64,000 bases of DNA from Chiloscyllium plagiosum (GCF_004010195.1 NC_057718.1:78846016-78910015); one strand, 5' to 3'. Positions 35,970-50,625 are shown, counted from the stretch's first letter. Notes: generated by a model from the letters alone, not told the origin. Program-made: numbers and translations.

Positions 35970-37200
35970 CAATTCACTTCCTTCATCTCTTTTATATATA
36001 TAGTAAGTAATTGTGGCTCCAACTCTAATCCATGTTGCACCCCGCTAATAATGGGTTGCCATCCCCAAAATTCCTCCTTTATCCATTTATAGCCCTCAAA
36101 ATGCCTGATTTGATTCACCAGGACATTGGCCCCAGCACAGTTTGACTGAATCCTGTTCAACCAAAATAGCTCCCTTCTATCCCAGTATTGGTGCCAGTCA
36201 TCCATGAACAAAACCTATTCCTCCCACACCAATCTATAAGCCTTACATTAAATACCTTTACTTGATTTACTCTCTTTGATTGTAATCCTCAGATTATAAC
36301 TTTGGAGATTCTGCATTTTAGTTTAGCTCCTAACTGTTCAAAGTCTTTCAGCTCAACTTCCTTTTCAGTCCTATCAATGTCATTCACACCGACATGGATG
36401 ACAATAATGGATCCCTTCCCTCCCTCTTCAATTTCCTCTCCAGTACTCAGCAGATCTCCTTAACTCTGGCACCAGGGCAGGTAACACAGCCTGACACTCG
36501 CGCTCATAGGTACAGAAAGTAGCATCTATCCCCTGAATTATACAGTCCCCTAACCCTATCATGTTCCTATTTCCTCCCTTCACTTGCATAACTTCTCTTA
36601 CCATGATGCCAAGGTCAGTTGCTCATCCTCTCTACAGTCTCCATGAACATCTGCATAGCTTGCAAGAACATTGCTCTGTTGCACATTTGCAGGGACTGAA
36701 ACCCTTGAGAGCTGTCCCTTGGGTCCCCTTACCTGCATCACCCACAATTGCACCATCTTATCCAAATCAGAATGGCCTAATTTAAAGACTGTGGTTACCA
36801 CTTGAAGCAAAATGTCCAGATAACCTTTCCCGTCCCTGAGGCAATGCAATGTCTGCAGCTCAGACTCCAGATCCTCAACATGGATCCAAAGTTGCTCAAG
36901 CTTCAAAGACTTGCTACAGATGTGATCACTGTGGATCACCTTAATGCTCAGCATGTCCCAGGCTTTGCAGCTAAACTCACTTTTCTGACCTACTATCTCT
37001 ATCTTATTTAATTAAATTAATTAAAATCACTCCACTATCTTTGCTCCTTACATTTTATTGTATTATTTTACTTTTTTAACATACTAATAATCTTATATCT
37101 AACAAGCTGTTTTTAAAGAGAACAAACAACAGGAGACTTGAACACAAACTGGAAACCTTACTTTCATTTTACAGATATATTAACCAACCAGCTGCTTTGT
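35970..37200 (-). mobile_element. CR1 5' region: ORF1 zinc-finger/coiled-coil and SGNH esterase remnant, plus a short RT piece
   Basis: HICSKSLKLEQLWIHVEDLESELQTL, VIHVGVNDI (GxND block, about 36375-36402) and W.PIISGVQHG..L.PQL. Confidence 0.75.
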
Positions 37201-38432
37201 TAAGGCAAAATTCAACCAAACATCTCTTGTCTTTCTCTACCGAACTGCCTGAGATATATAACTCCTGCACTCTGTTGTAAGTTGATCTCCTTGAGATGGT
37301 TAACTCAATGCGGTCCCTACTGTACGATGAGAGATATCTGGTTTCAGGATTAGTGGATATGTGAACATCCCTTCTGTATCACTGCTTCTTCATTGTATTA
37401 GATAACAGCAGTTACCTTGCAATATTGTTTGTCATAATGTTACTTCCAGTCTTCTAATGAGCCAAAGCTTCAGCTGACTCACTATTCTGCAAAGTTACAA
37501 CTAACCCCTTCATGCTTGCATCACTCATTTCTGTGCATTGTGTTGTGGTTTAGTTGTTAACATTTACAGCACAAGGTCATGTTCATGTGATTAGAGTTTT
37601 TTAGATCATTTGATTTTTCTGTTCAATACAGTCACATCCTTCAGCTCCTTCAATCACAGGGTGGTTCTCTCTTATGCTTACCTCTGATAGGTCAGTACTG
37701 ATAGATTTACTATAAATCTATGAGCAACAAACAAGGGAGACAAAAAAAATGGCGATTGGATGAGAGCAGCAGTCAGCAAGGTAAGTTAGTGCCAGATGTG
37801 AAAGAATTGCTGGGGAACAGGATGCAGAAGTCCACAAGTGGGAAGCATAGAGAGGATTCCTAGAGTCGACATCCAGGACCTGGGAGACGAGAATAGAAGG
37901 GCTAGGAATGGGGATAGGTCAGTAGCAGCTGACAGCTGAGAGCCAGAATTAGTGGGTCTAAGGCCAGAACCAGGAGGCAGCTGCAGTTTTGCTTCAGCTG
38001 GGAGAGTATTTTTTTGCCAATCCCAGGAATGGGGAGGGGGAAGAGAGGCAGGGGTGGCATCAGATCAGGATTGTGGGTGTCGGGTCTAGCGGAAGGAGAG
38101 ATGTCAGGTCATGTCATCGTGTGGTTGTCAGTCCAGAGATGGAGGGTTGGCAGTTGAGGTCAGGGGTGCCGAGTCTGGCACAAAGGAGTCAGGGGGTCTC
38201 AAGTCTGGCAGGAGAGGTTAGGAGCCAGGTCAGGTTGGAAGATTGCCAGGTTAGGGGATCGTGTTGGGTCCACTGAAATCAGGCTGACTGGATATTATGT
38301 TTGGGTCTAATTATAAGTTGTGAAAAGACCTCAAGGTAAGGCTGTAGAAATTTGAACCAGGAACAGTTTACTATGTGTCTTTATACCTACACAGTTAGGC
38401 CTGGACTGTTCCCCCAGGTAACCCCCTCTGGG

Positions 38433-40040
38433 TTAAAAACAGAAGTTGCTGGAAAAGCTTAGCAGGTCTCGCAGCATCCGTGAAGACAAATCAGAGTTAA
38501 TGTTTCATGTCTGGTGACCCTTCCTTGAACAGACCATAGCTAGGAAAATATCAGTTTACATGCAGAAGACAGAGAGGGGGGGAGGGAGTAAAGAGTAAAC
38601 GTTAGGTGGGGATAGAGTCCAAAGACTGAGAAGAACTTTAAAGTTTTTGTGAAGATCGTCAATCAGACCAGCAAAAAATGTGACAGAAGAACACTTGGAC
38701 AGACAAAGGAATAGATAATGATCTGGCTAGCAGAGTGAACAGCTGTTAATGGAGACTGTTTCGCAGCTAACAACAGGTAGTGCGTAATGGTAGACTATGT
38801 GATAACAATGCCTGGTTTGTGGAGTTGGGGACTAGGATACCGGAGAGTTCAGACTTATTGAACTCAATATTGAGTCCGGAGGGCTGCAGGGTCGCCAAGC
38901 AGAAAATGAGGTGTTGTCCTTCCAGCTTGTGCTGAGCTTCACTGGAGCACTGCAGCCAACCTGAGACAGAGATGTTGGCCAGGGAAGAGGATGGCGTGGT
39001 AAAGTGGCAAGCAACTGGAAGCTCAGGGTCACTTTTGTAGGCAGAACGTAGGTGTCCTGTGAAGCAGTCACCCAGTTTATGCTGGGGCCTTGGATATTGA
39101 GCAGGGAGGAAGTAAATAGGCAGGTGTTACACCTTCAGGCATTACAGAGGAAGATGCAGTTAAGGCTGTGTGGTTGTGTTGGGAATGAAGGAAAAGTGGA
39201 CCAAGGTGTCCTAGAGGGAATGGTCCCTATGAAAAGCGGATAAGGGAGGGAGGTGGCCTCTTGCTGAAGTTGGCAGAAAAGGCAGCTGATGATCTTCTGG
39301 ATGTGAATGCTGGTGTGATGATAGGTAAGGACAAGGGAAACTCTATCGTATTTGTGGGAGGGAAGAGAGGGAATGAGGGCGGATGTGTGGGAGATGGGTC
39401 AGACCCGAACGAGAGCCCCGTCGACAGCTCCACTGGGGGGTCCCCTTGGTTGAGGAAGAAGGTGCACATTTTGGAGGTTCCCTTGTCAAAGTTGACCTCA
39501 TCAGAACAAATGCAAAGGAGATGGAGAACTGGGAGAATGGAATGAAGTCTTTACGGGAAGCAGAGTGCAAGGATGTATAGTCCAAGTAGCTGTGGGAGTC
39601 TGTGGATATTAGTGATCAGGTTATCCCCAAAAATGGAAACAGAGATATCGAGGAAGGGAAGGGAAGGGAGGAGTCACTGGACTGATGAAAGTGAGTGCGG
39701 GGTGGAAATTGACATCAAAATTGTTGAACTTTTCCAATTCCAGATGACAGAGGAAAGCAGCACCGATATATAATCAATATATCAGAGAGACAGTAGTGGG
39801 TGGGAACTGGAATAGGACTGAAACAAGGAATGTTTCACGCACCCCATGAAGAGACAGGCATAACTGGGGCCCATGCATGTACCCATGGCCACCCCCCCTG
39901 ACCTGAAGACAATGAGAGGAGTTAAAAGAGAAGTTGTTGAGGGTGAGCACAGGCGCGGCCAAGTGGATGAAGTGGTAGTGGGTGGGTATGGTTCAGGCCT
40001 TTGCTCTATGAAGAAGCGGTGAGCCCTGAAACCATCCTGG
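38433..40040 (-). mobile_element. Penelope-like family 4 element with RT remnant and pLTR (decayed hammerhead at about 38495-38530)
   Basis: LNNFSFNSSH.LQV.G..MG, YID(D) remnant at about 39770-39785 and IPFSQF..C motifs. Minus-strand GGAAGGGTCACCAGACATGAAACATTAAC. Confidence 0.8.
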
Positions 40041-40377
40041 TGGGGTGTGGTGGAGTCAGTTTGAGTGTTTGGTAGGAAGAAAATTGGGTCCCAGGAGGTA
40101 TTGACTTGGGTGATGATGTCAGTTCCACGAGTGTGTCCTGTCCAAGGGAGTCCGCCAGGTTGATTGAGATGGTGTTTGCTTGGATTAGGATGGTAAGTTG
40201 GACCAAGTGTTAAGAGTGTCAGATCTGGGTAGGGGTGGGCTGGGGGTCTAGTCAGTGCTGTGGCAAATGGGGTAGTGGTGATGTCAGGTCCAGAATATTG
40301 AATTTAACGGGATGGGATGTGTTGGTTTGGGTTGGAGGAGTGGAGTTGGGTCCATGCCAGTTTAAATACTGAAGTAT

Positions 40378-41419
40378 TGTCATGATCATGAGTCAGAACC
40401 CCAAAGTAATGTAGACATTTTTAACTTTTAACTTCAAAATGTGCTTTTGTTTAAGGGGGGATCTGATATGGCCAAAAATGACTGTGGATTTGAATTAAGT
40501 GCTTTTCTGGAGAAAGAGAGATCCACAGAATGTCACAATAATAGAAGCTGGGGTAGTGGGGGGTGGCTTCAAACACCAGCCCTTCAAAGGGTAGAAGGAA
40601 GAGGGATGTCAAAACACATGGACCACGATCTTTTGTGACTACAAAGATAATGTGAGACTGATGACCATCTGCTCAAGAGCAAGCAACCCCCTGTGGATTA
40701 TGTCCTAAACTGCACTTTGTATTTTTCCCTTCGAAGAGTTCACAAGAATGAGGATGAAAAAGCCAGTTTAAACACACCTGGTGTATGTAAATGGGGTTGA
40801 ATCCTTCTGTTTGAGGGTTAGCATAGAGTGAAGGTAACAGTTAAACAACTATCCCCTGATCAGCACTGTGCTGCAGGTAAAAACTCAGTGGTGGAAAGCC
40901 AACAGCCAGACAAAATGACTCTTTCTCACCCTGAATGCTGGAATTTAATCACAGTTTAAAGGAATCAGGACTACATAATTTCAACCAATCTGCAAAACTA
41001 AAAATTGTGAAACCAACCATTTAACTACCAATGTCAACATTGCCAGTAACCTCCACTGCAATATTCAATTATCCGAACAATTTAGAGACTGACTTGTTTT
41101 TTTTAATAACTTATATCCTTTAGGTCTAACCTGTTATTTGTGTTGTGTTACTAATTCTTCTAATGTGTAGTAATTAACAACTTGCTCTTTTTGTTAATTC
41201 AACAAAACCTGGATAAATTGGCTTCTTTTCAAGGCATATGTTAAATTGATCTAGGAGAATGGTATTCACGAAGGAAAGAATCCTTTTCAAATTAAGCTTG
41301 TTGCAATCGTCAAGGGGTGGGTGAAAAAGAAAAGGAGCCAGTTTATGCCTCTTCATCCACAAGTTTAATAGCTGGAGCCATCAGAAATCGGGAACCTTGC
41401 CCATGGTCCAGTTATCACA
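40378..41419 (+). mobile_element. Probable old solo LTR (~1 kb)
   Basis: TGTCATGA...TATCACA ends with a near-TSD GTAT/GTGT. The U5-like part resembles 61660-61850. No coding remnants. Confidence 0.45.
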
Positions 41420-41659
41420 GTGTCTCAGAAATTAATGCTTTCCCTTTGTGTTTTGACTTCAAGTTTAATTGGTTCAAAGAGCATCAAAGACAATGATGAA
41501 TTCTTCTAGTTCTGCTTTAATATGAGTTCAAATACCAACATGAATACAAAAAGGTAATGCTACTATGTGACTGTATCACCTAATGAATGAGTTAGTGAGA
41601 ATGGAAAATGTCCTTTGAAATTCAAAAAGAAGACCCATAAATCAAAAACGTAGTCCTCA

Positions 41660-44520
41660 AAAAGAGCTAAAAGCTGATAACTCCTCTGCCCCTTACCCTA
41701 GGTTTTTAAAAGAAGTGGCTACATAGATAATGGATGCATTAGTAGTAATCTTCCAGAAGTCCATAAATTCTGGAAGATTTCTAGAGGATTGGAAAACTGC
41801 CAATGTAATACTCTTATTCCAAAAAGGGAGAGAATCACTATACAGTTAACGATAGGCCAGTTAGTTTAACATTTGTCATTGGGAAAATGTCAGAAACCAT
41901 TATAAAGGATGTAATAGCAGAGCATTTAGAAAAACATAATATGATCAAGCAAAGTCAACATGGCTTCATGAAGGGGAAATCATACATGAAAACTTCATTA
42001 GAATTCTTAGAGGAAGTAACAAGCAGGATAGATATAGGGGAACCAGTAGATGTAATATATTTGGATTTCCAAAAGCATTGAATAAGTTATTTATATGTTT
42101 GGATTTCCAAAAAACATTCAATAACCACAAGTAAAGCTACATTTTCTGTGGTTTTGCACACACAATGTTAGCATGGATAGAGGATTGAGTCAGAAAGTGT
42201 GGCGCTGGAAAAGCACAACAGGTCAGGCAGCATCTGAGGAGCAGTAGATTAATGTTTTGGGCTTCAGCCATTCATCAGGAATGTGGAGGGAGAAAGGGGC
42301 TGAGAGATAAATAGAAGGATGGGGTGGAGGTGGAGAAAAGGTAAGTGAGATGGTGAAAGGTGGATGCAGGTGGGAGGAAATCATGATAGGTTGGCTCGGA
42401 GGGTAGAGTGGATAGATGGGAAGGAAGATGGATAGGTAGGACAGGTAAAGAGGGGTGTTGAGTTGGAGAGTTGGATCTGGAATGAGGTGAGGTGGGGCGA
42501 GAGGAGATTTGGAAACTAGTGAAGTCCATATTGATGCCATGTGGTTGTAAGGTCCCAAAGCAGAAGATGAAACGTTCTTGCTCTAGTTGGTGGGTGGGTT
42601 TGCTTTGACAGTGAATGAGGGCCAGGCATTGCATGCCTTGGGATATGAGACGGCAAGTTGAAGTGGTTGGTCACAGGATGGTGGGGTTATTTGGTGCATG
42701 TGTCCCAGAGATGTTCCCTGAATTGCTCCGCAAGTTGGCGACCTGTCTCCCTGATGTAGAGGTGACCACATCGAGAGTAACGGATGCTGTAAATAGGATG
42801 GGTGGATTGCATGAAAATCTCTGCTGGTTATGAAATGATCCTTTGGAGCCTTGGACAGAAGTGTTGGTGCAGGTTTTACACCTGGTGCGGTGGCAGGACG
42901 CCAACTCGCCAAATCCAAGTCATCTGACGAGTGGAGAATGAACACCTCATCTTCCACCTTGAGACCTCACAAACATACGTCATCAACATCGACTTCACTA
43001 GTTTCCAAATGTCACCTCCCCCACCTCATCCCTGATCCAATCCTCCAACTCAGCACCGCCCTCTTCACCCGTCCTACCTGTCCATCTTCCTTCCCACCTA
43101 TCTGCTTCACCTTCCCCATCGACCTACCACAATCACCTCCCACCTGCATCCACCAATCACCATTCCATCTACCTTCCTCCAGCCCCATCCCCATCCACCC
43201 CATCTATCTCTCAGCACCCATCACCACACACACACACACACTTTTGATGGAGGGCTTATGCCCAAAACATTGACTGACCTGTTCCTCGGATGCTGCCTGA
43301 CCTGCTGTGCTTTTCCAGCATCACCCTTTTCGACACTGACTTTCCAACATCTGCAGTCCTCACTTTCTAGATAAAGGATTGGTTAATCAATAGAAAACAG
43401 AGAATTGCAATAAAGGGAGTATCTCAGGGAAGGCAACCTGTAACAAATAGAATTCCACGGGGATCAATACTGAAGCCACAATTATTTACAATATCTGTTA
43501 ATTAATTGGATGAAAGAAGTGAATGCATTATTGTAAAATTTGTAGACGACACAAAAATAGATGGGAAGGCAAGTAGTGAGGATAATGTAGGCAGGTTAGG
43601 TGATGGGAAAAATTGGCAGATAGAATATAATGTGGGAAAATGAGACGCAGTGTACATTGGAAGTAAGAATAGAGGACTGAATATTATTTACATGCAGAAA
43701 GACAGCAGAAAGCTGCAGAGGAATCTGGGTGTTCTCATGCATGAATCAGAAGCTAATGTATGAGTTAAAAGTGGGTAATAAGGAAAGTAAATGGACAATG
43801 CTTGTATTTCTAAAAGTATACAAGGCATTAATCAGATCACAGGAAATACATATTGGCATTGGAGATAGTCAAGACATAGTTCACGAGGTTGTTTTTAGGT
43901 ATGGAGGGATTTTATTACGCAGCAAGGTTGACTAGGTTAAGCTTGTACTCAGTGGAATTCAATTAATTAGAAGATAAATGGTATGTTGGCTTATCATAAG
44001 ACGTAAAGGTATATTGCTGCAATTATATAGAACCCTGGTAAGGCTGAACCTGGTCTCCCTATCTAAGGAAAAGGGAGGTTCACTAGACTAATCTGTGGCA
44101 TGATGGAATTATTTTGATTTTTAAATCTGGCCCTGTATTCTCTGGAGTTTCAAAGAATGAGAACTGTTGCCAAAAAATTTACAAAGTTCTTATTGGGTGG
44201 ATGTAAATAAGATATTTCCAGTGGCTGGTAACTCTAGAATGAGGGGTGCATAATCTCAGATTAAGGGGTAGGCTATTTAAGACTGAGATGAAGAAGATTT
44301 TCTGACTTAAATGGTAGTGAATATTTGGAATTCTCTACTCCTGAAAGCTATGGAAGTTCAATCATTGGACATGTGCAAGACAGAAATCGATGGATTTCTG
44401 AAAACTAAAAATCATTAAGGGAAAGGGGGATAATGAGAGAAAGTTTCATTGAGGTAAATGATCAACCATCATCTAATTAAATGTTAGAGTAGACTAGAAG
44501 GGTTGAATAGCCTACATGTG
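41660..44520 (+). mobile_element. CR1 ORF2 RT to 3' end, interrupted by a fold-back PLE
   Basis: SQHGFMKGKS..LEFLEEVT..DVIYLDFQK and KFVDD motifs. Continues across 42188-43369. Confidence 0.85.
42188..43369. mobile_element. Fold-back Penelope family 2 element (minus arm 42188-42905 with GIY-YIG, plus arm about 42915-43369)
   Basis: CHRTRCKTC..SFH..QRFSC on the minus strand. Both arms end in the hammerhead/tail unit. TSD GATAGAGGATTG (42176-42187) / GATAAAGGATTG (43370-43381). Confidence 0.85.
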
Positions 44521-45864
44521 TACCCATGACTCTCTTTTTAAAACCCAGATCAGGGTCAAGCATGACTATGTAAAGTTTTCATAACAGTTACAATCTACCT
44601 AACATTAGCTACAAACTTCATTGAAGATCAACTGCCCTCTTGTGTCAGTATTAAATACTGCCTACTTATATATTGAAAATTCTTAATCACCTCTTGACTA
44701 TAGTAACATTACCCACAATGCATCATATTTGCAAGCCACTCTTGATCACCTCAATTCTGAAGACAAGAAACGCAGCCTGCCCTTGAATGTTGCCATGACA
44801 AAACTCATATATTAAACCACACCTGATCAGTCAGATATTCCTTATCCTATACATGTTGATAGATCATGGAATATGCTGAACACTTTCCACACCTTGGTAG
44901 TCACTTTTACCAAAAGGCCACTATTGGATCAGTCATATCACCCCATCTTCATTCAAACCATGGCAGTGATTGTTCAGCAACAAATATCTCCACAAGTTAA
45001 TTTTCCAAGTGCCGAAGTGAACAGCATGAGACTTGGATTTTTATCAGTAACTCATACCAGCACTAAAGCAATACTCCAATCCGTCCTTCATATTCAATAG
45101 AAAGAGTGGCAAACAATCAAACAATAACCTTCTTTAAGCCAGCTTCATAAGTATTTAGGAAAAATACTTGGAAAATATACTCCAGTGGACTGGACCCTTC
45201 GAGATTACTGAAAAGCATCTCCCCCACTAGCTCCTGTTTTCTCAATTCACAAATGCCCAAAATTCCAACAGAGAGCAAAGCAAATATATCAATTGCACTC
45301 TGAGCCTCTCCTTGAAGATCTACAACATTAACAACGATTACAGCTTGCTATCACTTGGTCAACATAGCAACAACTAGTCCATCAAGCCACATCACGCTTT
45401 GTGTCATAATATTTAGAGCAGTCAAATAGAAGGAAAATAAAGGAAGTCAATCTGTATCTGCTCCTTGTGCCAAGTGTCTGTGGGTCAAGAACTGTCTTGT
45501 TCAGTGGCATGAAGATCCATGCTCGAAACATGCAACTCTGAGTTCATACAACCTCAAATCAAAAACAGTTAACCATGAAAATCTTACCTTTCCCGCTTGC
45601 TTTTGACATGCTGATAGAAGCTCTTTGGGGTCCCTTCTAATTCTCACATTTTCTTTTCACAATTCTTAACTTCTTCACCTCCTATTTCTCCTTATTTTAT
45701 ATGTCCTTATCCTTGTTCTTGAGTGAAGGAGTCACTCCGTGTGCATTAAACACCCAGTCATTTTGTTTTGTTTACCACAATCTTTATATCTCTCTTCCCC
45801 CCCAGAAGTACTGACTTTGGTTTCCCTATCTTTCACCCTTGTTGGACTATACCTAATCTGTACA

Positions 45865-46850
45865 GAGTCATAGAGTCATAGAGATGTACAGCACAGAAAC
45901 AATCCCTTTGGTCCAACTGACCAGACATCCTAAATGAATGTAGTCCCATTTGCCAACATTTGGCCGATATCCGTCTAAATCTTTCCTATTCATATACCCA
46001 TCCAGATACCTTTTAAATGTTGTGATTGTACTAGCCTCCACCACATCTTCTGGCAGCTCATTCCATACACGCATTTATTTGAAAAAATTGTCCCTTAACT
46101 CCCTTTTAAGTCTTTCCCCTCTCACCTTAAACCTATGCTCTCTCATTTTGGATTTCCCTATTCTGGAGAAAAGACCTTGGCTCTTCACCCTATCCATGCC
46201 TCTCATGATTTTATAAACTTCTGTAAGGTCACCCCTCAGCCTCCAACATTCCAGAGAAAATAGCCCCACCCTACTCAGGCTCTTCCTGTTGCTCAAATCC
46301 CCCAATCCTGGCAACATTCTTGTAAGTCTTTTCTGAACCCTTTCAAGTTTCACAACACTTTTCCTATAGCAGATAGACCAGAATTGAATGCAGTATTCCA
46401 AAAGTAGCCAAACCAATACCCTGTACAGTAGCAATATGACCTCCCAAATCTCATACTCAATGCACTGACCAATAAAGGCAAGCAGACCAAATGTTTTCTT
46501 CACCACCCTGTCTACCTGCAACTCCATTTTGAAGGAACTATGAACATGCACTCCAAGATCTCTTTGTTCGGCAACACTTCCCAGGACCTTTCCATTAACT
46601 ATAACCTGTCCTGGTTTGCCCTACCAAAATACAACAGCTTACATTTATCTAAATTAAACTCCATCTGTTACTACTTGATGCATTTGCCTTTCTGATCAAG
46701 GTTCCATTGTACTTTGAATAATTTTATTCACTGTCCACTACACCACCAATCTTGGTGTCATCTGCAAATTTATTAACTGTACCTCCTATAGTCACAACCA
46801 GATCATTTATACAAATGACGAAAAGCAGTGGACTCAGCACTGATCCTTAC
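45865..46850 (-). mobile_element. CR1 (HER1-like) 3' fragment, followed by a + strand CR1 3' piece (46855-47205)
   Basis: 158-aa ORF with LEYCIQFWS..LERVQKRLTRMLPGL..LRGDLTEVYKIM, and an (agtcatag)n tail. Confidence 0.9.
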
Positions 46851-48199
46851 AGCACAATGGAGTTTAGAAGAATAAGAACTGACTTGGCTGAAACACATAA
46901 GATCCTGAGGTGTCTTGACAGGGTTGATGTGGGGAAGGTGTTTTCTCTTATGGGAGAATCTAGAACTAGAGCTCACTGTTTAAAAATAGTTTGAGTCAGA
47001 TTTTTTTTCTGTCAGAGGGTCATGAGTCTTTGAAACTCTCCTCCTGAAAAGGTAGTGGGATGCATATTTTTGAGGTAAAGGTAGATAGGTTCTTGTTAAG
47101 CAAGGAGTTTAAATGTTACCAAATGTTAAGCAACCATGAATTTATTGATTGGCAGATCAGACTCAAGGGACTCAATGACCCGACTTCTGTTTGTAATTTG
47201 TATGTTTGTATGATAGTTGTGCGACAAAATCCCCCAATCTCACCATATACTGCATCTATGCTATTTCCCTGCAGATTTGTTCCATTATTCTCTCATACTA
47301 TTTGGATACCTTTGGAATGCCTCCAGTAGCTTGGATCTACCCTTTCTGCCACTTGACACTAGCCAAAAGGATTCTGTCAATGCATTCTCAAAGGCATCGC
47401 CAATTTGCACCACTATAACTTTGTTTAGTCTTCCCCAATAATATTGCCTCCCAACCTTCCTTTTTCCCTATCTTTTCTGATCATTTTGTTTTCTTGAATA
47501 TTAAACAGCCAGTCCTCACCAATTTTCAACCACACTTTATGCCACCATGTCATATTCTCACATGGCTATTTCTACTCGTACCTTGCCATCTTAATAAGAG
47601 ACTAATTCAGTTTTGTATCTTGCCACTAGATGTCAGCATGCATTTAGTAAAATTGAATGTTTTGGCTTATTTATAAATTTAGATATAACTTGCTTCGACT
47701 TATTTGTATCCAAGCTGACATCCTGAGCATTTGATATGAGAGTCTTCAGAAATCAATTGGCTTCTCTTAAAAAGACTATCTGTTTATTTCGATAAGTTGT
47801 AAATCACACACTAAAAAATTATGGAGCCAAGAAAAATATACTTTCTTCAAAATAAAGTATGAAGGAATAAAAACGTTATTCAATGATGCAACCAAAGTAA
47901 TATACAATAGCAATCATTCAAATTACTAGTGTTTCAAGTGATAGTAATTTTTGACTGCAAATCAACAATTGTTCTGGCAGCTTCAAAGAAAGGAGCTACT
48001 TAGGTAAACCCATTAATATGTTTTTTCTATTTTAGGAGGGAACATTTAGTCCCATTTCTAAATCTACCTCTACCACATAATCTTCCCTGTGCCATAACAG
48101 CTAGAATCCTAGTACTATTTATAATGTACAACTAATCTCCTCAGCTTTCTCTGAAGTCTGACTGCTAAAAGGTTCATCAAAAAGGAGGCAAAACCTAGT

Positions 48200-48790
48200 G
48201 GTATTGTTGCTAGTTAGTCATCCAGGCTTGGTGAAATTTGAATTCAATAAAAACATGGAATCAAAAGCCTAATGATGACCCTGAAACTACTGTTGATTGT
48301 CAGAAAATCCAATCTGGTTCATTACTGTCGTTTAGGAAAGTAAACTGCTGCCCTTACCAAGGCTGGCTATCATGTGACACCAGAACCACTGCAATGTGGT
48401 TAATTCTTAACTGCCCTCTGAAATGGCTTAGCAAGCCATCCAGTTGTAGAAATTGCTACAAAATCTAAAAAAAAACTGGATTCAAATGGATTGCAGTGGT
48501 TCAATAAAGCAGCACACCACCAACTTCTCAAGAGCAACTAGGTGACCCAGGCACTTGGTCCAACAAACTGCTTAAGCAAGTGTCTGGGCCTTACTTGACT
48601 GACTTGGAAATATATTACCATTCCTTCAATTTTGCTGAGACAAAATCATGGAACTCCCTTCCTCTGGGTTTTGTTCCTAATCTCAAAACTGTGGCAGTTC
48701 AAGAAGGCAGCTCACTAATACTATTCTCAGAGCAACTAAGGATGTGTAATAAATGCTGTCTTGACCAGTAATGTCCTAAATCCCATGTAA
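48200..48790 (+). mobile_element. Old tRNA-derived SINE plus duplicated LINE-type tail
   Basis: The tail tgcagtggttcaa..gcagc.caccaccaac ttctcaag.gcaa.tagg is shared with the 3' end of the LINE at 50630-51575 (SINE/LINE partner pattern). Confidence 0.65.
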
Positions 48791-49204
48791 CTAATAAAAA
48801 CAAAATTGAAACGTAACCATTCATAACTTATGGCATGCTTTACTCTGGATACGGTGCAGGAAGGAGTTAACAATCTCATGAGTTGTCAAAGTAAGTATAT
48901 TTATATTCAAATAGCCTAAACTACCAGTTATGTTGCTCACATCATCCACTGCTCTGTTCTATACACCAACATCATCCACTTAGCAACAAGTACTACCAAG
49001 AAGTCAATCTTGTCATTCACGTGCGATGTCTTTTTCACATTGTTGCAAGCCCTAGACCTGAAACTCATAGCTTATACAGAATGATTATTTTCAATGATGT
49101 CAACTATGTGACTCAAACATGTTGAAGGACATTCACTGATTCAGGGTTCCTTTTTCTTGTAGGAGAAAAGTTCTTTCACTGAGTGTAGGCTTTGTTGACA
49201 ATGC

Positions 49205-50625
49205 CATTAGACTTAGGTACAGAAAGAAGTCATTCAGCACATTGAGTCTGTTCTGCCATTCACTGATATGATCATCCTTAACTCCACTTTCCTGTTATAT
49301 GTCCATAAACATTAATCCTTATAAGATTAAAAATCTGAGTCAGCCTCGACATCCCTCTTTAGTAAAGAATTCCATACTTTGACCACCCTTTAAGACACAA
49401 AAACCTCCTCATCACTGTATTCATTGCTCTGAGATTATGTCCTCTGGTCCTAGACTCTCCCACAAGGGAATCAGTCTCTCTGCATCTATCCTGTGAAGCT
49501 TCCTATGAATCTTACATATTTCAATAAAGTCCCCTTTCATTCTTCTAAATTCCAATGAGTGCAATCCCAAACTACTCAATCTCTTCTTATCAGAGAATCC
49601 CTCCATTCCTGATTAATCTTCTCTGAGGTGCCTCCAATTATAGTGGATATTTCCTTAGATAAGGGAACCAAGTCTTTTCATGGTATTTTAGATGTGTTCA
49701 GTGGGTTGACTAGTTCAGTTGGTTGGATGGCTGGTTTGTGATGTAAAGTGAAACCAACAGAGCAGGTACCACCCTGTACTAGCTGAGGTTACCATGATGG
49801 TCCCACCTTCTCAACCTTGCACCTTGCCTGGGGCATAGTGACCCTCAGGTTAAACCACCACTTGTTGTCTCTTCAACAGGAAAGTGGGACGACAGCAACT
49901 TTACCTTGACCTTGATGTGGTCCGACTAGTGCCTTGTACAGTTTTAGCAAAAACCTCATTATTTTTATACTCCATTGTTTTTGAAATAAATTCCACTTGC
50001 CATGCCTATTACTTGCTAAACTTGGTTGCTGCCTTTTTGTGATTAATGCACAAGAATCCTCAAGTTCCTCTGCTATTCAGCTATCTGCAATCTCTCTCCA
50101 AATAAACAATATTCAGCTCTTCTATTCTTCCTGCCAAAATCCACTAACCTCACATGTTTCCATATTGTATTCCATTTAATAAGTTTTCATCCCCCCATAG
50201 ACTCTTTGCGTCATCCTCACTACTTACTTCACCCTCTGACTTTTGTGTCATTTACAAACCTAACAATAGTACATTTTTTCCCTCATCCAGGTCATTAATA
50301 TGTATTGCAAATAATTGTGACTATAACACTGGTCCTTGTTGCAAGTGGTCATCCCCAAAATGTCTGCCTTTTATTAGTTAACCAATCCTCTATCCATGCT
50401 AATTTATTCATCTCAACATTGGGTGCTATTAATAAGCAGCCTTGTGTGTGATGCCTTATTGAATGCCTGTTGGATAGGTAGGTTCTTGGTTGCTAAGGGG
50501 ATCAAGGGTTATGGAGAGAAGCTGGGAAAATGGGGTTGAGAAACATATGAACCATGATCAAATGGCAGAGCAGACTCAATGGGCCTAATGGCCTAATTCT
50601 ACTCCTATATCTTATGGTTTTATAG
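49205..50625 (-). mobile_element. Old CR1 fragment (minus) with a SINE inserted, and a + strand CR1 tail at 50475-50625
   Basis: LGLHSLEFRRMKGDFIE motif on the minus strand. Confidence 0.75.
49700..49910 (+). mobile_element. Distinct short tRNA-derived SINE inserted in CR1
   Basis: A-box-like tagttcagttgg, body gtgaccctcaggttaaaccacca and tail ctttaccttgaccttg. CR1 resumes at gatgtggtc (possible TSD gatgt). Confidence 0.6.

Noticed and set aside
37740..38430. AAG|GTAAGT donor followed by G-rich sequence
   Set aside because: No supporting ORF; resembles decayed low-complexity repeat sequence that continues at 40040-40370.
42050..42125. Short tandem duplication of tatttggatttccaaaa.catt.aataa
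   Set aside because: Ordinary local duplication inside a dead CR1; not a CRISPR-like or functional array.
44730..45560. Possible very old RTE/L2-type RT remnant
   Set aside because: Motifs too degenerate to call by eye.
45589..45621. Short minus-strand exon candidate with AAG|GTAAG donor
   Set aside because: Poor polypyrimidine tract, no recognisable peptide, and adjacent to probable decayed LINE sequence.
48830..48896. Short + ORF MACFTLDTVQEGVNNLMSCQ ending at GTAAGT
   Set aside because: No recognisable homology or partner exons.
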